From assembly GCA_965224085.1 (NCBI GenBank), contig CBDCYI010000005.1, positions 64,001 through 128,000 on the forward strand: 64,000 bases of DNA, given 5' to 3'. The position numbers were made by a program, and so were the translations under genes. Below the pieces are notes generated by a model, which did no database searches, was not told the DNA's origin, and worked only from the letters and a program-made list of their open reading frames with translations. This document shows, piece by piece, positions 40,177 to 47,868 of the stretch (position 1 is its first letter; each line of letters starts with the position of its first letter). This stretch comes from Candidatus Marinacidobacterales bacterium. Lineage in GTDB: Bacteria > Acidobacteriota > Vicinamibacteria > Marinacidobacterales > SMYC01.

Positions 40177-42661
40177 GAAGCTTCCACGTCGGCCGGGCAG
40201 CAAGAAGTCGCTGCCACCGCCTCCTAAAAAAGGACCGAAGCCCGGAGGCGCGGGTAGGGTGACGCCGGCGCGCCCCGGACCGCGCAAGATGGCGCCTGGC
40301 CGACGGACACGAAGCGGAGGCGGCGGTGCCTCGCGCTCGCTCTTCAAGTTACTCTTCCTCCTCGTTTTTATCGTTTTGCTCCTCGCAGGAAGTGTCGCGG
40401 GTTACTTTTTTTATCGCGGCCAGCAGTCGCTCCCGCAAACGGACGGCGTCGCAACCCTTCAAGGGCTGACGGCTTCGGTCGAGATCCAGCGCAACGAGCG
40501 CGGCGTGCCGCATATTCGTGGAGGCGACGTCCGCGATCTCGCGCGCGCTACCGGATTCGTCCATGCGCAAGATCGCTATTTCCAAATGGAGCTCGCGCGG
40601 CGGATGGGGACGGGCCGGTTGGCGGAGCTTCTTGGCAGCGAAGCCCTCGATCACGACCGTCTTGTGAGAACAATCGGACTAGCCGCGGCAGCAAAACAAG
40701 AGCTCGACCGGATGTCACCCGAAGGGCGCGAGATCCTCGAGGCCTATACCGGTGGCGTCAACGCTTATCGGAGTGCGCATCTCGAAAAGCTCCCTCCCGA
40801 GTTTCAGATCCTGGAGCACATCCCGGAGCCGTGGAGTGCTACCGACAGTCTCGCGGTTTCTAAGTGGCTGGCGTTCAACTTGTCTTTCAACGCACGCGCG
40901 GAGCTCTTGCGCGGAGAGCTCGTCAGAGCGGTCGGTGTGCAAGATGCCTACACGCTCACCGGGCTCGCGGCGCCACCTCTCGAAGACGAAGAGAGCCAAG
41001 AAGCTCGGCAAGGTTTTCGACTCGCGGCGCTCACCCCACTTCCAGAGACCGTTCGCTTTGGCGCTAGCAATTCTTGGGTCGTGGCGAGCGAGCGATCCGC
41101 CTCTGGGCGGCCTTTGCTCGCGGCCGACCCTCATTTGAGCCTGTCGATGCCGTCCGTGTTCTACGAGATCCATCTCTCGGGTGACGGTTTGGAGGTCGCC
41201 GGTGCGAGCATCCCGGGCCTTCCGCTCGTTCTGTTCGGCCAGAATCAACGTATCGCCTGGGGTATGACAGCGCTTGTCGCGGACGTGCAAGATATCTACC
41301 TCGAGACGGTCAATCCACAAAACCCGTCGCAATATGCCTCCGGCGAGACGTGGCGCGATATCGACGTTCTCCCCGAGAGCATCCCCGTCAAAGACGGCCC
41401 AGCCATCAACGAAGAAGTTCGTGTGACGCATCACGGCGTCATCATCGGCGAAACGGAGGACGGACGACTGCTCGCAGAGCGATGGGATGCCGTCTGGACC
41501 GGGGATCACGTGACGTCGATACTCCAGATCAATCTCGCCGGGTCGTGGGAGGAGTTCACTGAAGGACTTCGCTCTTGGGCCTCTCCAGCTCTTTCGTTCG
41601 TCTATGCGGATGTGGAGGGCAATATCGGTTTCTTTCCCGCCGGCGACGTACCCGTACGTGTCGGCTTCGATGGCGTGGTCCCGATCGATGGAAGCGTGGT
41701 GGAGTTCGAGTGGCAAGGCAGCGTGCCGCACGAGCTGAAGCCGATGATCTTCAATCCGGAAGAGGGACTCATCGTCAGCGCGAACCAACAGATGTTGCCA
41801 GAGGACACGCCCTATCCGCTCGGACCCGACACGTTGGCCGACTACCGCGCGCGTCGCATCACGGACTTGCTGCAATCGAGTCGCTCGATTAGTCTCGATG
41901 ACTTCGCTCGTATTCAGCAGGACCGCTACGACCCGTCGACAGAGCCGGTGCTGCGCATCGCCGTGGCGCTGTCGCCTTCGGGTGAAGCTCAAAAAAAGGC
42001 CGTCGACTATTTGAGAAATTGGAACGGACAAATGGACCGAGGGCCCGCTCCTGCGGTCTACTATGCGCTCTATCGCGAGCTCGTCGAAAATACGTTTCGA
42101 GACGAGCTCGGCGAAGAGCTGTTCGATAGGTTTCTGGAATTTCTCGAGGCCGGGCATGCGGGCGGTCTACACGCCATCATCGAGGACGAAGAGGCGCCCC
42201 TCTGGGACGACAAGAACACGCCCAACGCGGAAACGCGCGCCCACATTTTCGAGCGCAGTCTCGATGGCGCCGTCAGCGCCTTAACGGCACGACTAGGCGA
42301 TGACATGGACGGCTGGGATTGGGCCACCTTGCACGGCACGACGTTCCGGCACCCCTTGGGTCGCGAGGAGCCGCTCAGTTGGCTCTTCAGCCGCGGGCCC
42401 CTGCCCTTCGGAGGCTCGACCTATACGATCGCGAATGCGGTGGTCTCGTTGCGCTCGCCCTACGACGCAACCGCCGGCACGTCGTTTCGCTTCTTGGCGG
42501 ACCTCTCTGATTTGACGCGGTCGCGCTCGATCGTTCCGACCGGCGCCTCCGGCCATCCCTTGAGCCCCCACTACTTCGACCAGAACCGAGGCTGGCTCTC
42601 CGGGGATAGTGGCCTGCTCCTCGGGGGCGCCACGTCGGCCACGCTGAGCCTTCAGCCATAG
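40169..42661 (+). CDS. Penicillin acylase family (Ntn hydrolase) protein, membrane anchored
   Basis: GVPHI, AQDR.FQM, G-A-SNSW processing site, A.DPHL, G.SGHP.SPHY.DQ. Confidence 0.92.
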   Translation: MAKKLPRRPGSKKSLPPPPKKGPKPGGAGRVTPARPGPRKMAPGRRTRSGGGGASRSLFKLLFLLVFIVLLLAGSVAGYFFYRGQQSLPQTDGVATLQGLTASVEIQRNERGVPHIRGGDVRDLARATGFVHAQDRYFQMELARRMGTGRLAELLGSEALDHDRLVRTIGLAAAAKQELDRMSPEGREILEAYTGGVNAYRSAHLEKLPPEFQILEHIPEPWSATDSLAVSKWLAFNLSFNARAELLRGELVRAVGVQDAYTLTGLAAPPLEDEESQEARQGFRLAALTPLPETVRFGASNSWVVASERSASGRPLLAADPHLSLSMPSVFYEIHLSGDGLEVAGASIPGLPLVLFGQNQRIAWGMTALVADVQDIYLETVNPQNPSQYASGETWRDIDVLPESIPVKDGPAINEEVRVTHHGVIIGETEDGRLLAERWDAVWTGDHVTSILQINLAGSWEEFTEGLRSWASPALSFVYADVEGNIGFFPAGDVPVRVGFDGVVPIDGSVVEFEWQGSVPHELKPMIFNPEEGLIVSANQQMLPEDTPYPLGPDTLADYRARRITDLLQSSRSISLDDFARIQQDRYDPSTEPVLRIAVALSPSGEAQKKAVDYLRNWNGQMDRGPAPAVYYALYRELVENTFRDELGEELFDRFLEFLEAGHAGGLHAIIEDEEAPLWDDKNTPNAETRAHIFERSLDGAVSALTARLGDDMDGWDWATLHGTTFRHPLGREEPLSWLFSRGPLPFGGSTYTIANAVVSLRSPYDATAGTSFRFLADLSDLTRSRSIVPTGASGHPLSPHYFDQNRGWLSGDSGLLLGGATSATLSLQP

Positions 42662-42701
42662 CGCTACTCACGAGCCGGGCGCTATAATCCTCGCTCGGAC
42701 G

Positions 42702-42884
42702 ATGGCTGCAACTTACCCTTTCTGTCCCGCGTGCGATTTCGAGATCGAGCTCGACGAGCTCGATGTCGACCGCGGAGAACGTATTGGCTGCCCCGAGTGC
42801 GGCGTTACGTTAACGGTGCTTCGCATATCGCCCATCGAGCTCGACATCGCCGACGAAGAAGTCAGCGAGTGGCGTGATAAGTGA
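42702..42884 (+). CDS. LysW-like zinc-ribbon small acidic protein
   Basis: CPAC...GE.I.CPECG..L.V...PIEL; lacks the EDWGE terminus; TATAAT upstream. Confidence 0.75.
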   Translation: MAATYPFCPACDFEIELDELDVDRGERIGCPECGVTLTVLRISPIELDIADEEVSEWRDK

Positions 42885-43420
42885 ACAACCACCGCCTAGA
42901 AGGCGGTGGCTTCAAGGGCTGTCAATTGGAAATTGACTGTCGTCGTGAAGAGGCTCGCCATCCTGGGAGTCTATGTACTCCTTTACCATCTCGTCCGTTA
43001 TGCTTCCTGAACTCACCGCCAGATATCCTCGGGCCCAGAAGTGCCGGCCCCAAAACTTCTTCCTCAGGTGAGCAAACTCCTGAAGGAGTACTCGGGAGCT
43101 TATTCCTTTTAGCCACTGCACGATCGTACTCAGGTCCTGGTGTGGTCGGTAGGATACGAACACGTGGACGTGGTCGCGTGCAACCTTACCCGAGATTATG
43201 TGCAGCTCATGTTCCATCGCGATCTGACGAATCAGATCGCGCACACGAACCGCTACTGGACCGATCAAAACCTTTTTACGGTATTTCGGTATCCAAACGA
43301 TGTGCGCTTTTAGGTCCGTTTTCGTGTGCGCTCCGTGCCTGTAGTGACGCACGCGACCACAATACCACGATCTTCTCTTCGCCTAAAGGCGAGGGGTTTC
43401 GACCATCCCCGGAAGAGACA
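42881..43420 (-). mobile_element. IS200/IS605-family element (tnpA only)
   Basis: Subterminal hairpins CCACCGCC-TAGAA-GGCGGTGG and TCGCC-TAAA-GGCGA; TTAG adjacent to the left end; exact ends inferred. Confidence 0.85.
42912..43352 (-). CDS. tnpA: IS200 Y1 transposase
   Basis: HIVWIPKYR, DHVH (HUH), LKG.SSR, FWARGY, YI..Q. Confidence 0.95.
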   Translation of the reverse strand: MRHYRHGAHTKTDLKAHIVWIPKYRKKVLIGPVAVRVRDLIRQIAMEHELHIISGKVARDHVHVFVSYRPHQDLSTIVQWLKGISSRVLLQEFAHLRKKFWGRHFWARGYLAVSSGSITDEMVKEYIDSQDGEPLHDDSQFPIDSP

Positions 43421-43435
43421 CTAAGAAGCCCTAAA

Positions 43436-44251
43436 ATGAATATGGAGACCGAAGCTCACGTCAAACGCGACAGTCTGCAAGTCATTCTCAGGGAGATGCG
43501 CTCCGTCATCGTGGCTTTCAGCGGCGGTGTCGACAGCTCCTATCTCGTGGTCGAAGCGCAGCGGGCGCTCGGGGACCGCGCGCTCGCGGTGACGGGCGAA
43601 AGCCCGAGCTATCCCGACTATCAGCGCCAAATGGCTCTTGACGTCGTTTTAAGGTTCGGACTGCGCCACGAGTTCGTCGAGACCAAAGAGATCACGAGTG
43701 CCTCTTATCTCGCGAACAACCCCGACCGCTGTTTCCATTGTAAATCCGAGCTCTATTCATGTCTCGAGCGGCTCGCGAAGGAGAAGAGCATCCCGGTCAT
43801 CGTCGACGGCGCCAATGCCGACGACCTCGGCGATTACCGCCCCGGACGTCAAGCCGCGAAGCTTGCAGGGGTTCGGAGCCCACTCGAGGAAGCCGCGCTC
43901 ACGAAGCAAGAGATACGCCTCTTGTCGCGGGAGCTCGGTCTTCCCACTGCCGACGAGCCTGCTTCCGCATGCCTGTCCTCTCGTATCCCGTACCACACGC
44001 CCGTCACGATCGAGAATCTCGGAACGGTTGAAAAAGGCGAGTCGGTGCTTCGCAGCTTCGGCTTCGGCCACATGCGCGTGCGTCATCATGACGCTCTTGT
44101 CCGTCTCGAGTTCTCGCCGGAGGAGCTCCCCCGCGCTCTCACCGAGTCGATGCGGTGCGACCTCACGACAGCGTTCCGAGCACTCGGCTACAAGTTCGTG
44201 ACGATCGACCTCGAAGGCTACCGAACCGGAAGTCTCAACGAAGAACTGTAA
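43436..44251 (+). CDS. larE: ATP-dependent sacrificial sulfur transferase LarE
   Basis: VAFSGGVDS, RCFHCK, DGANADD..DYRPG, SPL, ACLSSR.PY, RVRHH, GYRTGSLN. Confidence 0.92.
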   Translation: MNMETEAHVKRDSLQVILREMRSVIVAFSGGVDSSYLVVEAQRALGDRALAVTGESPSYPDYQRQMALDVVLRFGLRHEFVETKEITSASYLANNPDRCFHCKSELYSCLERLAKEKSIPVIVDGANADDLGDYRPGRQAAKLAGVRSPLEEAALTKQEIRLLSRELGLPTADEPASACLSSRIPYHTPVTIENLGTVEKGESVLRSFGFGHMRVRHHDALVRLEFSPEELPRALTESMRCDLTTAFRALGYKFVTIDLEGYRTGSLNEEL

Positions 44252-44350
44252 TTCGGTGTTGGCTACCTTCTGCCTGCCAAAAGCTTCCTCAATGTTAGTG
44301 CCCGAACCCGGTGGCAGGTAGCAGAACCGAACGGCAGGCTACAATCAATT

Positions 44351-45079
44351 ATGCGCGTCGTCTTTCTTGGGACGGGAAATGCTTTTGCTAGCGGGGGGCG
44401 ATACGCGATGTCCATTTTGCTCCTCGCGGACGGGCTCGGAGTGTTGCTCGATTGCGGCCCCACGACGCTCGTCGCGCTCAAGAAGCTCGGGCTCTCGCCT
44501 TCCGATATCGATGTCATTCTTTTGTCGCATCACCACGGCGACCACTTCGCCGGCGTACCGTTTCTCGTGCTTCACGAGTGCTACGGGGGCTCTCGGACGA
44601 AGCCGCTTTTGGTGTACGGCCCCGACGGTACGCACGAGAAATTGACGCAAGGTCTCGAATGGTTGTTTCCCGGCATTGGCACGCTTCCCTTCGCGCTCGA
44701 ATATTGCGACCAGAATCCCGGGGACGAGCTTCGCTCGGGCGCGCTCGAAGCGCGGCCTTTCGAAGTTGACCACTATTCGCGCGGCACGGCCTTCGGCTAC
44801 CGGGTGACCCTCGACGGAAGCGTCATCGTTTATTCAGGGGATACGGCGTGGACCGAGGCGCTCGTCGCGCAAACAGCCGGCGCGGATTTGTTCATCTGCG
44901 AATGCTCGAGCTTCGAACGACCGGTGGAAAAGCACATGACGCATCGAGACCTCGAGCGGCATCGCGCGCGTATCGGCGCCAAGCGCACGCTTCTCGTCCA
45001 CGCGGGCGACGACGTTCTCGAGCGCGAGCGGGATCTAGTTTTCGAGCTCGCGTATGATGGGATGGAGGTGACGCTGTGA
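44351..45079 (+). CDS. MBL-fold metallohydrolase (RNase Z-like)
   Basis: FLGTG, LLDCG, SHHHGDH, YSGDT. Confidence 0.9.
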   Translation: MRVVFLGTGNAFASGGRYAMSILLLADGLGVLLDCGPTTLVALKKLGLSPSDIDVILLSHHHGDHFAGVPFLVLHECYGGSRTKPLLVYGPDGTHEKLTQGLEWLFPGIGTLPFALEYCDQNPGDELRSGALEARPFEVDHYSRGTAFGYRVTLDGSVIVYSGDTAWTEALVAQTAGADLFICECSSFERPVEKHMTHRDLERHRARIGAKRTLLVHAGDDVLERERDLVFELAYDGMEVTL

Positions 45080-45561
45080 TCTCGGCAATATTGTTCGCGC
45101 TTACTCTTCTTCAAACACAAGAGGCCAGGGAGACACGGATCGATATCGACGTGAAGGAGGCCGACGTCCTCGATTTGCTGCGTTTGCTCGCCGAGATTGG
45201 AGATTTCAACCTCGTCGCCGATCCGGACGTGTCCTGTCACGTAACGTTGAGGCTGGTGTCGGTGCCGTGGCCGCAGGTGCTCGAGATCGTTCTCCGAACG
45301 TGCCGGCTTGGAGAGGATCGAATAGGCGACAACATGGTACGGGTAGCGACGGCCGAGCAGATCCGTCGTGAGTACGAAGAGCGCCGAAAGTACGAGGAAG
45401 AGAAAAGACTCGCCGGGCCGCTCGTTACGACCTACAAGAAACTCGCTTACGGTAGGGCTCGGGATCTGGCGCCCGTATTGGAGAGATTCTTGTCGGCGCG
45501 GGGCTCCGTCACGTTCGACGAGCGCACGAATACTCTAATTGTTGTGGATGTCGCACGCTAG
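45076..45561 (+). CDS. Stand-alone secretin/STN N-terminal domain protein (PilQ N-domain-like)
   Basis: VTLRL..VPW.Q.L, L.Y..A..L...L...LS.RGSV..DERTNTLIV.D; no secretin barrel. Confidence 0.75.
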   Translation: MISAILFALTLLQTQEARETRIDIDVKEADVLDLLRLLAEIGDFNLVADPDVSCHVTLRLVSVPWPQVLEIVLRTCRLGEDRIGDNMVRVATAEQIRREYEERRKYEEEKRLAGPLVTTYKKLAYGRARDLAPVLERFLSARGSVTFDERTNTLIVVDVAR

Positions 45562-45648
45562 CTCCGTATCAGTGATCAGTGATCAGTGATTCGCTGCATA
45601 AAGCTCGAGATCATTTTGTGTGCTGGCGAGGCGTTATGTGACGAACTA

Positions 45649-46167
45649 CTAACCGACCACGCCCATAGGGCGTGGGTTTAGGAAGGCCCCCCCGAGGGGG
45701 CCGATGACGTTGGGAAGGCCCCGTTGGGGCCGTCTCTCGTTATAACTCAGGTCGAGATCACCTTGGCGAGACTCAAGCTTTTCTTGCTCCCGGATGTACT
45801 TTCTTATTCGCTCCTCGTCAAGGCCAACCGTACTCACACAGTACCCCTTCGCCCAAAAATGCAAGCCCGTCATACGACGTTCTTTCAGCAATTCTCGGTG
45901 GATGCGTACCGCACTCTTCCCTTTCAGAAAACCGATCGTGTGAGATACGCTGTACTTGGGAGGGATGCTCATACACAGGTGGATGTGGTCCGGTTGCGCG
46001 TTGCCTTCTATCAGTTCTACTCCTCTCTGCTCACAAAGCTCTCGAAGAATTCGCCCCACGCGACGCCGAAGGTCCCCATATAACACCCTTCTACGATACT
46101 TGGGGATGATCACCACGTGGTACTTGCATTCCCATCGCACTTGCGACAGGCTTTTCCATTCGTGCAT
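45649..46167 (-). CDS. tnpA: IS200 Y1 transposase
   Basis: W.CKYHVVIIPKYR, DHIH, IPPKYSVS...GFLKGKS, FWAKGY.VSTVG, YIREQE. Confidence 0.95.
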   Translation of the reverse strand: MHEWKSLSQVRWECKYHVVIIPKYRRRVLYGDLRRRVGRILRELCEQRGVELIEGNAQPDHIHLCMSIPPKYSVSHTIGFLKGKSAVRIHRELLKERRMTGLHFWAKGYCVSTVGLDEERIRKYIREQEKLESRQGDLDLSYNERRPQRGLPNVIGPLGGAFLNPRPMGVVG

Positions 46168-46283
46168 GCAGGTTCTCCTTTCGGAGGCCCCACAGGGTCT
46201 TCCCGGAGGGGGAACCTAGCACACGCCGGATCGCTCGAAGCTCTTCGGGTCACGCCGCCAGAGGCGGCGCGTTTATTAGCGGA
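45649..46283 (-). mobile_element. IS200/IS605-family element (tnpA only), second type
   Basis: Hairpins CCACGCCC-ATA-GGGCGTGG and CGCCGCC-AGA-GGCGGCG; CTAA (TTAG on minus) at both junctions. Confidence 0.85.
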
Positions 46284-46299
46284 CTAATACAGGGGACCG

Positions 46300-46506
46300 C
46301 TAGGCCTTCGATTCCTCGTTGCTTTCGTCTTCCGGCGTCTCGTCGCCGGAGCCCTTGATCGACTTCTTGAAGTTCTTGATGCCTTCGCCGAGCCCTGAGC
46401 CGAGCTGAGGAAGCTTGTTGGCTCCGAAGATCAAGAAGACGATGGCCAAGATGATCAACATCTCGGGCAACCCCAGCGTACCGATCAAAAGCGGGTGCAT
46501 CGACAT
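46300..46506 (-). CDS. tatA: Twin-arginine translocase subunit
   Basis: GLPEMLII...[19 protein letters not shown]. Confidence 0.95.
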   Translation of the reverse strand: MSMHPLLIGTLGLPEMLIILAIVFLIFGANKLPQLGSGLGEGIKNFKKSIKGSGDETPEDESNEESKA

Positions 46507-46608
46507 GATATTCTCCTTCGGACGCGAGAACCGCCCGATATCAGAGCTACTATACCACGTGGCCGATAGCCGGCCAACGGGACCCGGAAACCGCTATCAT
46601 GGGGACCC

Positions 46609-46986
46609 ATGGCTCTTTCGGATGAAGTTGTCGCCGACCCACCCGTGCTCGCGGCGATACGGGCCCGCCTCGAGAGCCTCGTCAGCGAGCTCGGGGCCCG
46701 CGCCGGCTTTCTCGTCGACGAGAAAGGCACGCCGTTCGCAGCCGTAGGCAACGTAGAGTTCGGATTCCCGCACCCGCTCGAAAGCCTCGGCGACGACGAC
46801 GTCGTTCTGAACGCGCTTGTCGGCGAGACGTCCGTTTCCGACACAACCTCCCCCTATCTCGTTGAGCCCGTCGGCCGACGGGCGCTCGTGGCACTCGCGC
46901 GGCCGGAATCCGCGACGGCGGAAAACGAGCACGCGATCCGCCGCCGCCTGCGACAATCGGCGAAGGAGATCGAAGCACTCCTTTGA
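46609..46986 (+). CDS. Hypothetical protein, possibly roadblock/MglB-like fold
   Basis: L..L..ELGARA.FLVDEKG...A..G resembles the MglB N-terminal pattern. Confidence 0.5.
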   Translation: MALSDEVVADPPVLAAIRARLESLVSELGARAGFLVDEKGTPFAAVGNVEFGFPHPLESLGDDDVVLNALVGETSVSDTTSPYLVEPVGRRALVALARPESATAENEHAIRRRLRQSAKEIEALL

Positions 46987-47009
46987 TCCCTTCAACTTGA
47001 CGTCGTACG

Positions 47010-47495
47010 ATGCTCTTCGCCGTGGCAGCGCCGAATAAACGTCTCACCGTTATCGAACACCGGGTGCGCATCGATCGAGCACCGCTGGATGTTTTCGCGT
47101 TCTTCGACCGGCCTCGAAACGTCCAGCAAGTGACACCGAAAACGATCGCGGTGAGCCTCGAGTCTCACCCCGAAGACCTCCGCCTCGGGACGATTTTCGG
47201 TTATCGCCTCAAACGCTGGCCGGTGGACTTCGTCTGGGACGTTGTCGTCTCCGAATACGAGCCGCCTCAAGGATTCACCAACGTGAAAGCGAGGGGCTTC
47301 TTTCCGAAATGGGCCCACCGACACTCGATCCTCCCCGACGGTAGCGGAACCGAGCTTCTCGTCTCGTTGGAATACGAAGTGCCTTCCGGCCTCTACAACG
47401 CGCTCATCAACAACTACGTGATCGAATCCGCCATGAAAGAGCTCGTCCAAGAACAATCCCGCGCCATCGCCCAAACCCTCGAGCAACAAGCGTAG
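47010..47495 (+). CDS. SRPBCC family protein
   Basis: VFAFF..P.N...VTP, YEPP..F, G.F..W.HRH. Confidence 0.8.
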   Translation: MLFAVAAPNKRLTVIEHRVRIDRAPLDVFAFFDRPRNVQQVTPKTIAVSLESHPEDLRLGTIFGYRLKRWPVDFVWDVVVSEYEPPQGFTNVKARGFFPKWAHRHSILPDGSGTELLVSLEYEVPSGLYNALINNYVIESAMKELVQEQSRAIAQTLEQQA

Positions 47496-47868
47496 CCCGT
47501 ATCAAAGAGCGTGCGCGAAGACTTCATCCAGGTCGATCGTCCGCGCCGTCGTTGCGAGATAAAACGCCGCTTCCCGACCTCCGAGGCCCCGCTCTCCAAA
47601 CGGTGACGGATACGCTCGAGCAGGCGGCGAATGCGTGCGTAGAGAGGCTTTGCGTCCACGTCCAGAAGATGGTGTGCCCGTCGCCAGCCTCGACCCCAAA
47701 TGCCCCTCGTTTCTGTCTCCGCCAACCACCTTTGCCTCCTCGCCCGCCAAAACTAGAAAACCCCACCCGGTATGACGAGGTCATTCTCACGGGCGGCCCC
47801 GTTCGCGCGATGAGCGGGCGATTGTCGCCGACGAACGGACGTGGAAGTCTGCCATCACACCCGGCTTT

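Larger units (their letters stand above)
45561..46297. repeat. Palindromic repeat (second copy) interrupted by IS200
   Basis: Removing the IS restores TTATGTGACGAACTACTAATACAGGGG, matching the reverse complement of the 8281 arm; left arm carries (CAGTGAT)x3. Confidence 0.55.

Noticed and set aside
27594-41000. Long alternative-frame or antisense ORFs such as 27594-28910 and 40715-42157
   Set aside because: Arg/Ala-rich shadows of real genes, expected at high GC
42702-42884. Bona fide lysW
   Set aside because: No EDWGE terminus even after removing the IS, and no lysX/lysZ nearby
42881-44251. 456-aa LarE with an N-terminal extension
   Set aside because: The extension is the antisense strand of the IS200 tnpA; LarE starts near 43436
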